A stretch of 64,000 nt of DNA from a virus: positions 1 through 64,000 of IMG/VR virus record IMGVR_UViG_3300042449_000993; one strand, given 5' to 3'. Each line of letters opens with the position of its first letter. The first letter of the stretch is position 1. Position numbers and translations under genes: made by a program. The notes beneath the pieces are model-generated. The model saw only the letters and a list, made by a program, of their open reading frames with translations. It searched no databases and was not told the DNA's origin. This document shows positions 54,890 through 64,000 of this stretch, in pieces.

Positions 54890-57800
54890 ATGGATTTTAA
54901 TGTAGAACCGTTTTATGACGATTTTGAGGCTTCCAACGGAGCCAAAGATCAGAATTATATGAGAGTATTATTCCGTCCTGGATATGCAGTTCAGGCACGT
55001 GAACTTACTCAAATTCAGTCCATCGTTCAAAATCAAATTAAGAGTTTTGGTGACCATATCTTTAAAGACGGTTCTCCAGTTTACGGTGGGCAAATTACTC
55101 TTGATACAAACGCAAACTATCTTAAACTTCAAACAACCTATAACGGAATTGACGTCGAAGCTGCAGATTTCGCAAATACCGTAATCTCAAATAGTTCTGG
55201 CACTTCGAAAATTCGAGCAAGAGTTGTTTCAGTAGATGAAACTCAAACACAGCCAACATTGATGGTTCGCTATCTTCGCGGAAATCAATTTGCGAATGGC
55301 GACGTCATTCAAGCAACAACCACGCAAGGAACAACGTTTGCTCAATTATCTGCTGATAGTGCTTCTGGTAAAGGCTCAGTTGCCTCTATTGACGAAGGTA
55401 TCTTTTATGTTGATGGATATTTCGTTAAAGTTAGTCCGCAAACTATCGTTTTAGATCCATATGGTAACACACCAACATATAAAATTGGTCTTGAGATCGA
55501 CGATAATATTATTGATGAGTCTGAAGATACAAATCTTTTAGACCCTGCGCAAAATTCATTCAACTATCAGGCTCCAGGTGCATGGCGTTATCAATTTAGA
55601 TTAAATCTAGCAAAACGAGAACTCACATCTGTTGACGATGAGAAGTTTTTTGAACTAGTTCGTGTTGAAAACGGACTCATCACAAAACAAGTTCGTTATC
55701 CAATTTACTCAGAACTAGAAAATACTCTTGCTCGCCGCACTTATGACGAATCTGGCGACTATACAGTTCGCCCATTTGGTGTTTCTCTTTCCGCAAACAC
55801 AGCATGTAATGATACATTTATTATTAATGTTGAACCAGGAAAGGCATACGTTAAAGGGTTTGAATATGAGTTTGCTGGAACGCAAAAAATTGAAGTAAAC
55901 AAAGCCAGAACAACAAATACATCAACAGATTACGATCTTTCAGTTGAGTATGGCAAGTATGTTTATGCGAATACGATCACTGGATCTTCTTCAGGATTGT
56001 TTAATATCGCTAAACTCGATGTGATTGATCTTCACTGCGTCCCTCAAGTAAACGTATCAGTTTCAACTATTGATGCATATAATACAACTTATATGGGTTA
56101 TGCGAGAATTCGCAACTTTAGAAGAGACAGTTCAACAGAATATCTTGTGTATCTAACTGATATTAATCTTGTATCAAATACCGTAACTGCAGCAGCAACT
56201 GCTGTAAATGCAAACTCTATTGTGTTCCCTGCAGGATACTCTGATCTAAATGATGCATACGCTAATGTAAGCGTAAGAGTGTTGAGTGGTGGTGCAAGTA
56301 ACGTATCTGCTGGCGATGTTCGTAAGATCGTAAGATATGATGGTGCTACAAAGACTGCATTTACAGATTTAAACTTTACTGCACTCATCGGTAGCGGTAA
56401 CACAGTTTCTCTCTTGTATAGCACAAAAGATATTGATTCATTGGTTGAAGCACCTGCTGCAAAGACATCTTATAATGTTAAGATGAATATCTCGAATAGC
56501 AGTAAAGATATTACAAATGCAACAATCATCTCTGATGAAAATAGAGATTCATTGTTGTTCATGCTACCAGATAATTATGTTTCTTATGGATCAATCACCA
56601 ATGCTGACTTTAATAGCATGAAGGTGTTTGAAGATAAGTCATTCACTTCAAATGGTCAGTTAGCACTAACTCTTGCTGGCAATGAGACATATGGTTATGG
56701 TTCAGATGGAAGTTTCTTATCTGCAACCTCAGCAAATGCTAACATTATTGTAATGGTCAAATCTCTTGGAACTGCATCAAACGTTGTAGTTGGTCAAATA
56801 TTGAATTTAACTGCTGCGGTGGGTCCAGGTGGTGGCGGTCGTGGAGTTGCTGTTCGTAGAGATTCATCAACACAATTGACAATTTTCAGTGGTGAATTGG
56901 GAACATTTACTGCAGACATTTATGCTGTAGTGAAGGTCAATGATTCAGAATCAGCCACAAATAATCGTAGAACAAAAACGATTCGTGGAAACGCTGCAAA
57001 CACTACGCTTTTAGCAACCGATAGTTATCTAAATGCTACACAAGTTACAGGTTGCACATCAGTAAGAATTGACACGACAAATGGTCATGTTTGGTTTACA
57101 AATACCAGCTTTATTAATAAAACTCCTGGTGGCAATAACTCACTATTCATTCCAGACGTTTATAAGATCATAAAGATCTATGATTCTGGAAGCGGAACTC
57201 AAGAACCAACAGCAACAAATGCAATTGATATTACGAGTCGTTTCTATCTAGATTCTGGTCAAACTCTTGGAATGTATGATCATTCTAAGATTGTATTGAA
57301 ACCAGGTGCCTCTGCCCCACGAGGACAGACTGTTGTGATGTTGCAATATTATGAACATTCATCAGCAATTAATGGATACTTTGATGCAGATTCTTACCCA
57401 TCGGCTCAATATGCAAATGGAACAATTCCAACGTTCATAACTTCTGATGGAACAACATATAATCTTCGTGATGCGATTGACTTCCGCCCTACGAGAGATA
57501 TTGGAACAAGTTCGAGCGTTGCTTCATATACCTTTGTTGGTATGAAAAATCCAATGCCAGATGATCCAATGGAATTGACATATTCATATTATGTTCCACG
57601 TGTTGATAAACTTATTTTGACAACAGAAGGCGAATTTAAAACTCTCACTGGTGTTGCGGGTAAGTATCCAATTCCTCCTGTGGATACAGAAGATGGAATG
57701 ACATTGTTTAGAGTTGACATTCCTGCATATACTGCAAATGTTAACAGCATCAAACTTACAAAGGTAGACAATAAGCGTTATACAATGCGTGACATTGGAA

Positions 57801-58438
57801 CGCTAGAAAATCGTATTCGCAATATTGAATACTACACCTCATTGAGTATCGCTGAGAAAAAAGCAACTGATGCTCCAATTTTGTACGAAGATAATGCTAC
57901 AGAAAAGGAAAAGTATGGTATTGTTGCAGATAATTTCACAGGATTTAATGTTGCTGATACGTTAAATGCAGACTTCAAGTGCTCTTTAGAAAAGGGTAAA
58001 CTTTCTGCTTATAATAATTTGAAACATATTCCTCTCGAAGTTAGCACAATTGGTGCAAATACTAAGAGAAATTCAAAAACTGTTTCGCTTGATTATACAG
58101 AAGAAGTTATTGTTCAACAAACAACAGCGACTGCAAATGTGACTGTTCAGCCATATTTGTATGGAACATTTATTGGGCAATTAACTCTTTCGCCACAAAG
58201 CGACAGCTGGTTCTCTGAGAATCAAGCACCAATTCCTGTATCTCCAACATCGCCAGTTCCAACAATTGATGCGCCTGTTCCAGTTGTCGGTCCGCAAAAT
58301 ACAATTACCACAAATCCACGTAATCCATTTGGATTTGCACCAATTGTCTTGACTCAAGAGGATTGGTTCCGCAGAGGTGGCGGTATGGCAAATGCGTTAA
58401 ATAGAGCGCAGGAACGAGTAGAAGAATTAGCACCGTAG
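54890..58438 (+). CDS. Large virion structural protein (VrlC/DUF4815-like), N-terminal part
   Basis: PFYDDF, LFRPGYAVQARELTQ.Q, LARRTYDESGDY, RYTMRDIG.LE.RI. Confidence 0.8.
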   Translation: MDFNVEPFYDDFEASNGAKDQNYMRVLFRPGYAVQARELTQIQSIVQNQIKSFGDHIFKDGSPVYGGQITLDTNANYLKLQTTYNGIDVEAADFANTVISNSSGTSKIRARVVSVDETQTQPTLMVRYLRGNQFANGDVIQATTTQGTTFAQLSADSASGKGSVASIDEGIFYVDGYFVKVSPQTIVLDPYGNTPTYKIGLEIDDNIIDESEDTNLLDPAQNSFNYQAPGAWRYQFRLNLAKRELTSVDDEKFFELVRVENGLITKQVRYPIYSELENTLARRTYDESGDYTVRPFGVSLSANTACNDTFIINVEPGKAYVKGFEYEFAGTQKIEVNKARTTNTSTDYDLSVEYGKYVYANTITGSSSGLFNIAKLDVIDLHCVPQVNVSVSTIDAYNTTYMGYARIRNFRRDSSTEYLVYLTDINLVSNTVTAAATAVNANSIVFPAGYSDLNDAYANVSVRVLSGGASNVSAGDVRKIVRYDGATKTAFTDLNFTALIGSGNTVSLLYSTKDIDSLVEAPAAKTSYNVKMNISNSSKDITNATIISDENRDSLLFMLPDNYVSYGSITNADFNSMKVFEDKSFTSNGQLALTLAGNETYGYGSDGSFLSATSANANIIVMVKSLGTASNVVVGQILNLTAAVGPGGGGRGVAVRRDSSTQLTIFSGELGTFTADIYAVVKVNDSESATNNRRTKTIRGNAANTTLLATDSYLNATQVTGCTSVRIDTTNGHVWFTNTSFINKTPGGNNSLFIPDVYKIIKIYDSGSGTQEPTATNAIDITSRFYLDSGQTLGMYDHSKIVLKPGASAPRGQTVVMLQYYEHSSAINGYFDADSYPSAQYANGTIPTFITSDGTTYNLRDAIDFRPTRDIGTSSSVASYTFVGMKNPMPDDPMELTYSYYVPRVDKLILTTEGEFKTLTGVAGKYPIPPVDTEDGMTLFRVDIPAYTANVNSIKLTKVDNKRYTMRDIGTLENRIRNIEYYTSLSIAEKKATDAPILYEDNATEKEKYGIVADNFTGFNVADTLNADFKCSLEKGKLSAYNNLKHIPLEVSTIGANTKRNSKTVSLDYTEEVIVQQTTATANVTVQPYLYGTFIGQLTLSPQSDSWFSENQAPIPVSPTSPVPTIDAPVPVVGPQNTITTNPRNPFGFAPIVLTQEDWFRRGGGMANALNRAQERVEELAP

Positions 58439-58450
58439 TAGGTTTAAAAC

Positions 58451-61156
58451 ATGTTCGACGAATTTCCATTTAATTTTATATTCAATCCAAACCTAATCAA
58501 TGGTTTGGATCCAAATGCGTTTTCGCCAGTTGAGCAATCTAACGATCCAAATATCGTTACTCGATTTATTCGCGCAAACGAAGTTGTGTTTGTTGGCACA
58601 TCGTTAACACCAGATAAAGTTCCTAACTTTTTCTTAGATGATGCAGTTGTCAATAATTTTGTACAGAAGTCAAATAGACTAGAATTAAATGCTGCAAATA
58701 ACGCAAGCATCTTCGTTCAAGGTGAGGGCATTGTTGATATTACAACAAATGCATATGCTCGTGTTCTTGCAAGCTCGAATAATATTCTATATTTGAATCA
58801 AAACTTTTTAACTGTGAATATCGCTGCTTATGGTGCCAACTCACTAAATGACAATGATTATGCTGTAAATGATATTGTTATTCAGAGAGCCAGTGGAACA
58901 AGTGGTGTAACAACTTTCCGTGGTCGCGTTCAATACTATGATCGTGCAAATGGTGTTCTTGCCATCTCTCCTTCTGATGGTGCTATGAATGCATATGGTG
59001 CTGTGGCAAATAGTGTTATTTCAAAATTGAACAGTGCAGTTCTTACAAATGCTGCATCATTCATTCGCGGAAACACGTTTAGAGCTGGCAACAGAGTTCG
59101 TGGTGCTGCGAATGTGTCAAATACTGGATTGATTGTTTCTCTTGATCATGCTTCTGGTGTTTATACTGCAGCAAATGGCACCAACACTCTATCAATTCTT
59201 GTTCAAGCCAACTCAATTAATTCTGTTGGAAACACTCTTATCATCACTTCTGGAACTGGACAAAACACTGTAAGAGAAATTCTTGCAGTTCATGGTACGA
59301 ATCATAATGAACTTCGTCTCAATGCTACAGTTACATTGAGTTCAAATTCTAAGTATACATTTGGCACTCACGTGGTTGATGAATTTGGTCGCATCACTGG
59401 TATCTTTAATATTCCAGAAACTGAAAGTGCTCGATTCCCAGCAGGTGAGCGTATCTTCACAATCACTGATACGGAAGGTGCTCAAAATAACTTCTTCTCA
59501 ATGCGTGCAACTGCGACATATAATGCAGTTGGTGCGCCACCAGTTATTCCACCACCTGTATTTGTCCCACCACCTGTTCCACAAAGAAGAAGAGATCCTC
59601 TTGCTCAAACATTCTTTACGCCAGAAGTTGATGTGCAAGTAAATGGCGCGCCTAAATTTAATTATGGCATTTATGTGTCATCTGTCGACTTGTTCTTTGC
59701 TGGTAAGCCAATTCTAGCAGATCTTCAACTTCCTATTACAGTTGAACTTGTAACTGTGGTGAATGGAATTCCAACACAAAATGTGATTGCTGCTAAATCA
59801 GTAGAATGTCGTGATGTTAAAACGTCATTGATTCCAGATGCATCAAATACCAGCACAATTACCAACTTTAAGTTTGATGATCCAGTATATTTGGAACCAG
59901 AAACAGAATACGCTATTGTTGTGAAGTCTGATTCTCCAGATTACTATGTGTTCATCTCTGAACTCGGCGGAAGTGTTCTTGGTGCAAATCCACCACGTCG
60001 TGTTTCTCAGCAGCCATATCTTGGCTCATTGTTTAAATCACAAAACTCATCAACGTGGACACCAATTCAAAATCAAGATTTGATGTTCCGCATTAAGAAG
60101 TGTGTCTTTACGCCAAATACTGGTGGCACGGTATTGTTTAAACCACAAAATCAATTTGCCAATGTGAATATTGATTCTATTTTGATGCACACAACACTGT
60201 TAACAAAGAAACCAACAGTTGCAAACTTTAAGTTTAAATCGAACAACGTTTCTAACGTACAAGATGCTCAGTTCACCTATATTCCTGTCAATTCACGATA
60301 TAGTTTTGGTGCTGATTTGTTGACATCAACCGCAACATCAAATCGCCGTCGTCGAATTATAGAGGGTGATACAGGATCATTTATTGCTGGTGTTGATTTA
60401 AATACGACAGACGCAGACGTATCGCCAATTGTAAACATTGAGCGCATCAGTGCTGTTGCTTATGAAAACGATATCAATGATGGAAGTATTTCAAATACTG
60501 ATATTAGCATTACTTCTGTTGGAACGCATACTGACGCTGGTGACATTACAGTTACAATTTCTGCTCCAGATTTAGCAGATGGCATTCAAGCAAATGCATA
60601 TGTTTCTGCTCTATCTAGCAATGGTGTTAGCACAATTATTGTTGACAATTCAGGTTCTGGATATATTACAACTCCAACGATTACTTTCTCAGAGGCTGTA
60701 GCATCATCAAATGCAACCGCTGTGATTGCTGGTGAAACAGGATCTTCTGGCGGTAATATGAAGGCTCGCTATATCACGAAACAGATTAGTCTTGCTGACG
60801 GATTTGATGCAGGTGATCTTCGTGTTTATATTGACGTCAATCGTCCACGTGGAACTAATGTTCACGTCTATTACAAAGTTAAATCAGCATCAGATCCTGA
60901 AAACTTCGAGTTGAAGAAGTGGAAGTTGATGAATAAGGTTCTTGATACCTATTCTGCAGATCAGAGCGAGGTTATTGAACTCGAATTTAGACCAAATCTT
61001 GAGAAAAACGTTCTTTCATATGTTGAGAATGGCGTTGTATATCCTCTTGGTGGTACGTTTAAATACTATGCTATTAAGATTGTGATGTCCGCTGCAGATC
61101 CAACTGTTGTTCCAACAGTTCTAAACTTTAGAGCAATTGCAACACCATCAGGATAA
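58451..61156 (+). CDS. Large virion structural protein (VrlC/DUF4815-like), C-terminal part
   Basis: DPLAQTF, SVDLFF, GSLFKSQNSSTW, DLMF, FRAIAT. Confidence 0.75.
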   Translation: MFDEFPFNFIFNPNLINGLDPNAFSPVEQSNDPNIVTRFIRANEVVFVGTSLTPDKVPNFFLDDAVVNNFVQKSNRLELNAANNASIFVQGEGIVDITTNAYARVLASSNNILYLNQNFLTVNIAAYGANSLNDNDYAVNDIVIQRASGTSGVTTFRGRVQYYDRANGVLAISPSDGAMNAYGAVANSVISKLNSAVLTNAASFIRGNTFRAGNRVRGAANVSNTGLIVSLDHASGVYTAANGTNTLSILVQANSINSVGNTLIITSGTGQNTVREILAVHGTNHNELRLNATVTLSSNSKYTFGTHVVDEFGRITGIFNIPETESARFPAGERIFTITDTEGAQNNFFSMRATATYNAVGAPPVIPPPVFVPPPVPQRRRDPLAQTFFTPEVDVQVNGAPKFNYGIYVSSVDLFFAGKPILADLQLPITVELVTVVNGIPTQNVIAAKSVECRDVKTSLIPDASNTSTITNFKFDDPVYLEPETEYAIVVKSDSPDYYVFISELGGSVLGANPPRRVSQQPYLGSLFKSQNSSTWTPIQNQDLMFRIKKCVFTPNTGGTVLFKPQNQFANVNIDSILMHTTLLTKKPTVANFKFKSNNVSNVQDAQFTYIPVNSRYSFGADLLTSTATSNRRRRIIEGDTGSFIAGVDLNTTDADVSPIVNIERISAVAYENDINDGSISNTDISITSVGTHTDAGDITVTISAPDLADGIQANAYVSALSSNGVSTIIVDNSGSGYITTPTITFSEAVASSNATAVIAGETGSSGGNMKARYITKQISLADGFDAGDLRVYIDVNRPRGTNVHVYYKVKSASDPENFELKKWKLMNKVLDTYSADQSEVIELEFRPNLEKNVLSYVENGVVYPLGGTFKYYAIKIVMSAADPTVVPTVLNFRAIATPSG

Positions 61157-61157
61157 T

Positions 61158-61382
61158 ATGAAAATTAAAGTTAAAGATAGAAGTGATCTTGTTCGAGATT
61201 CGCAAACAATGGCAATCTTGAATGTTGACAAAAATGTATTAAATAAAGATCTTCTATATAAACAAAAAATGCGTCGAGAAAAACAAGTCGACGAGGCGAT
61301 AAATAAACTAGAAAATGATGTAAACGAAATAAAAGGTAATCTGAATAAAATACTTCAGATACTTGAGACTAGAGGTCCGTAA
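61158..61382 (+). CDS. Small conserved coiled-coil protein
   Basis: KVKDRSDLVRD..T.AILN; typical neighbour of the preceding gene. Confidence 0.7.
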   Translation: MKIKVKDRSDLVRDSQTMAILNVDKNVLNKDLLYKQKMRREKQVDEAINKLENDVNEIKGNLNKILQILETRGP

Positions 61383-62806
61383 TGGCTAATGCAAATATTT
61401 CAACAGTTGTCGTAACCAACACCTTTGATGAGTGGCGAGTCGCTACAAATGATTTGATTGCAGATCGTAACACTTTACGAAATACAAATTATGTCAAAGA
61501 TGGCGGTAATTATGCGATCGCAAATGGCGTTTTAAGTGTTCAAAAAGACGGTGGTGGTACTGTTTTTTCTGTTGCGAATGACGCTTCAATTAGCGGTAAT
61601 GCGACCATCAACAGATTAACTGTTACAACAGGTATTAATGCTGCAGTGATAAATGCAACAACTGCAGTAAATTCAACATCATTCATCACAACAGCTGGAT
61701 TAAATGTAACGAATCAGGCTAACCTTGCGCGAAATCAGGCAAACGCTGCATATGATATTGCAAATACTGCCAGAGATCAAGCGAACACTGCGCGTGATAC
61801 CGCAAATACTGCCTCTGAAACTGCTAGTATTTCTGCAAATAGTGGTTCTACTTTAACCAGTAAAAAATTAAATTTCATCAACACTTCAAGTATTCTTGTG
61901 AGTGTCACTGATGCATTAGACGGAAATGCAAATATTTCTCTTCAAACGAGTTTTGCAAGTCCTAGTGATGCGTATGATCAAGCAAACACTGCTCGTAATA
62001 CTGCGAACGCTGCCTATGAAGCCGCAAATACTGCTGGTGGCGGTGCTCCATATGATCAAGCAAACACCGCCCGAGATCAAGCAAATACGGCACGTACACA
62101 AGCAAACACGGCACGCGATCAAGCGAATACTGCACGTGATACAGCGAATATTGCATATGGACAAGCCAACAGTTCATATGATCGAGCAAATGGTGCCTAT
62201 GGTCAGGCTAACGGCGCATACGCTCATGCGAACATTGTTTATGCTCAAGCCAACACTTCCTATGACCAAGCGAATACTGCATATAATCAAGCCAATACTG
62301 CTCGCACTACTGCAAACGATTCTTACAGTCAAGCCAACACAGCGCGTGATCAAGCCAATACTGCTCGAACCACAGCCAATGATGCTTATGGTCAAGCAAA
62401 TACTGGAAGCACTCAAGCAACTGCTGCTAGAGATCAAGCCAATACTGCTAGAGATCAGGCAAATACTGCTCGCAATACAGCCAATGGTGCATATGGACAA
62501 GCCAATGGTGCATATGCTCAAGCAAACACATCAGCAAATACAGTTCGTGTTTCCGCAAATCTTGGATCCACATTATCAGCAAAACAACTTAACTTTAATA
62601 ATACATCAACAATTCAAGTGAATGTATTAGACGGTGGTGGTGATGCTGCTGGAAATGCAAATGTAACATTCTCAGTAATTGGTGGTCTCTTAAGTGCAAA
62701 TGCATGGAAACATGCAACAGCAACTTATGATAGCGCCAACGTATACATCTCTGCCACTGCACCTGCCTCTGGAAATCAAAAGGGTGACATCTGGATTCAA
62801 TTTTAA
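61382..62806 (+). CDS. Fibre protein with heptad-repeat coiled-coil shaft
   Basis: TNTFDEWRVATN start; many A(R/Y)DQANT heptads; C-terminal KGDIWIQF. Confidence 0.75.
   Translation: MANANISTVVVTNTFDEWRVATNDLIADRNTLRNTNYVKDGGNYAIANGVLSVQKDGGGTVFSVANDASISGNATINRLTVTTGINAAVINATTAVNSTSFITTAGLNVTNQANLARNQANAAYDIANTARDQANTARDTANTASETASISANSGSTLTSKKLNFINTSSILVSVTDALDGNANISLQTSFASPSDAYDQANTARNTANAAYEAANTAGGGAPYDQANTARDQANTARTQANTARDQANTARDTANIAYGQANSSYDRANGAYGQANGAYAHANIVYAQANTSYDQANTAYNQANTARTTANDSYSQANTARDQANTARTTANDAYGQANTGSTQATAARDQANTARDQANTARNTANGAYGQANGAYAQANTSANTVRVSANLGSTLSAKQLNFNNTSTIQVNVLDGGGDAAGNANVTFSVIGGLLSANAWKHATATYDSANVYISATAPASGNQKGDIWIQF
61963..62535 (+). repeat. Degenerate 21-bp (7-aa) coding tandem repeat
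   Basis: Recurring GATCAAGCNAA(C/T)AC with 21-bp period. Confidence 0.8.
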
Positions 62807-62818
62807 TTAAGGTGCAAA

Positions 62819-63382
62819 ATGGCTCTTAAAATCTGGGACAGCACAGAATGGAAAATGGCGTCTCAAATCAAAGTTTGGGATGGCACCACTTGGCAAAATG
62901 GCTCTCAGGCTAATGTCCATGTTTGGACTGGCACAGCATGGCAAAAAGTTCATCCTGGCGTAGAATTAGATGCAACAATTGGATATTCAGTTTTCACCAC
63001 TGATCCTACAGATGCTGGGAGTGGTGGTAATGCTCAAGCCAGAGTTAATATTTTTGCAAACGGAAAAATTCAAACCTTTGAATCAACATCAATATCAGGA
63101 ACTGTAAGAACATCAAGTGCTGATTGGTTGCTAACAGGAACAAATTCTGATTATGATGTTTATGTTGCAAATTTTGGCGGAGATAATTTAGAAAGTGGCA
63201 GCGGACCAGTTGATGGTACTCGCACAAGATTAAGTTCAGGTGTTGAATATTCTTTATTTATAAATTCGAATGGAACTAAAAGTTCTTCATTTGATATAAT
63301 CATTTGCGCGAATAATTCAGCGACAGGCACCACAATTCAAACAGCTCCAGTTTTTCTACAAGTTGATGTCGGTGGATTGTAA
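62819..63382 (+). CDS. Putative fibre-associated protein
   Basis: Three (K/H)(I/V)WDG..W repeats at N-terminus. Confidence 0.6.
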   Translation: MALKIWDSTEWKMASQIKVWDGTTWQNGSQANVHVWTGTAWQKVHPGVELDATIGYSVFTTDPTDAGSGGNAQARVNIFANGKIQTFESTSISGTVRTSSADWLLTGTNSDYDVYVANFGGDNLESGSGPVDGTRTRLSSGVEYSLFINSNGTKSSSFDIIICANNSATGTTIQTAPVFLQVDVGGL

Positions 63383-63395
63383 TTTAGAGTAATCA

Positions 63396-64000
63396 ATGTC
63401 TAATCTACTTACAATTAATACAAAAGGAATTTTATTTCCTGATGGAAGTTTTCTAGATACTGCGCAAGTTGGATCAAATCTCAACGTTGCAGCAAATGGC
63501 TCATCTATTGAGTTTACGAAATTTCTCAATTTTATTAATACTGATACAGTCACCGTTTCAGTAACTCCAAACACAGGTAATCCTGGATATACAAACGTTG
63601 CATTCACATCAACTGGTGGGGGTGGCGGTGGAGTGAGTGGTCCATCAGGTCCATCAGGTCCATCTGGACCAAGTGGTCCATCTGGAGCAGCATCAACAGT
63701 TTCTGGTCCGCAAGGCGCACAAGGTCCGTCTGGTCCATCTGGCGCACAAGGTGCCGCATCTACTGTTTCTGGACCACAGGGTGCACAAGGTCCATCTGGA
63801 CCATCGGGTGCTCAGGGGGCAGCATCTACAGTTTCTGGTCCTTCTGGTCCGCAAGGAACATCAGGTCCATCTGGTGCTGCCTCTAATGTTTCAGGTCCAC
63901 AAGGTTCACAAGGTGTTTCTGGTCCCAGTGGTCCATCGGGTCCATCTGGCGCTGCCTCTACAGTTTCTGGACCATCTGGACCAAGAGGTATAACTGGTCC
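63396..64000 (+). CDS. Collagen-like fibre protein (3' truncated; not in ORF track)
   Basis: ATG 63396, open to the window end; GPS/GPQ/GAQ triplets interrupted by GAASTVS. Confidence 0.85.
   Translation, partial: MSNLLTINTKGILFPDGSFLDTAQVGSNLNVAANGSSIEFTKFLNFINTDTVTVSVTPNTGNPGYTNVAFTSTGGGGGGVSGPSGPSGPSGPSGPSGAASTVSGPQGAQGPSGPSGAQGAASTVSGPQGAQGPSGPSGAQGAASTVSGPSGPQGTSGPSGAASNVSGPQGSQGVSGPSGPSGPSGAASTVSGPSGPRGITG

Noticed and set aside
58436-58453. Stop-codon readthrough or amber recoding joining the two DUF4815-like ORFs
   Set aside because: Three in-frame stops including TAA, no suppressor tRNA in the window, and the standard code gives full-length core genes
61926-63993. Alternative-frame ORFs 61926-62621 and 63637-63993
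   Set aside because: Frame artefacts of the heptad and collagen repeats; the real collagen frame starts at 63396

Overview
This 64 kb window is part of a large lytic T4-like myovirus genome (cyanophage/pelagiphage-like gene order), probably infecting a proteobacterium; a two-piece tmRNA and its tag point to Alpha- or Betaproteobacteria. From left to right it holds: (1) the 3' part of a TonB-dependent receptor gene; (2) early-gene cassettes driven by sigma70-type promoters, six of which carry an IHF-consensus site at exactly the same distance from the -35, while four early promoters appear to give leaderless mRNAs; (3) 18 tRNAs with several unannotated structured RNAs interleaved; (4) a ~13 kb tailoring-enzyme island (radical SAM/SPASM, methyltransferases, seven 2OG-Fe(II)/JmjC-type genes, UDP-sugar dehydrogenase, GT2, GT4, split carbamoyltransferase, FkbM); (5) denV-like, HAD, phoH and exonuclease genes, an ahpC-rubredoxin-ahpD-CDGSH redox operon, a circularly permuted tmRNA, SleB and guaC; (6) core T4 genes 33, 59 and 32, the baseplate/head-completion block (51, 26, 54, 2, 4, 48, 53, hub, 5, 25, 6, 7, 8), and fibre genes including a collagen-like one. 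All calls come from reading motifs by eye; no database searches were run.
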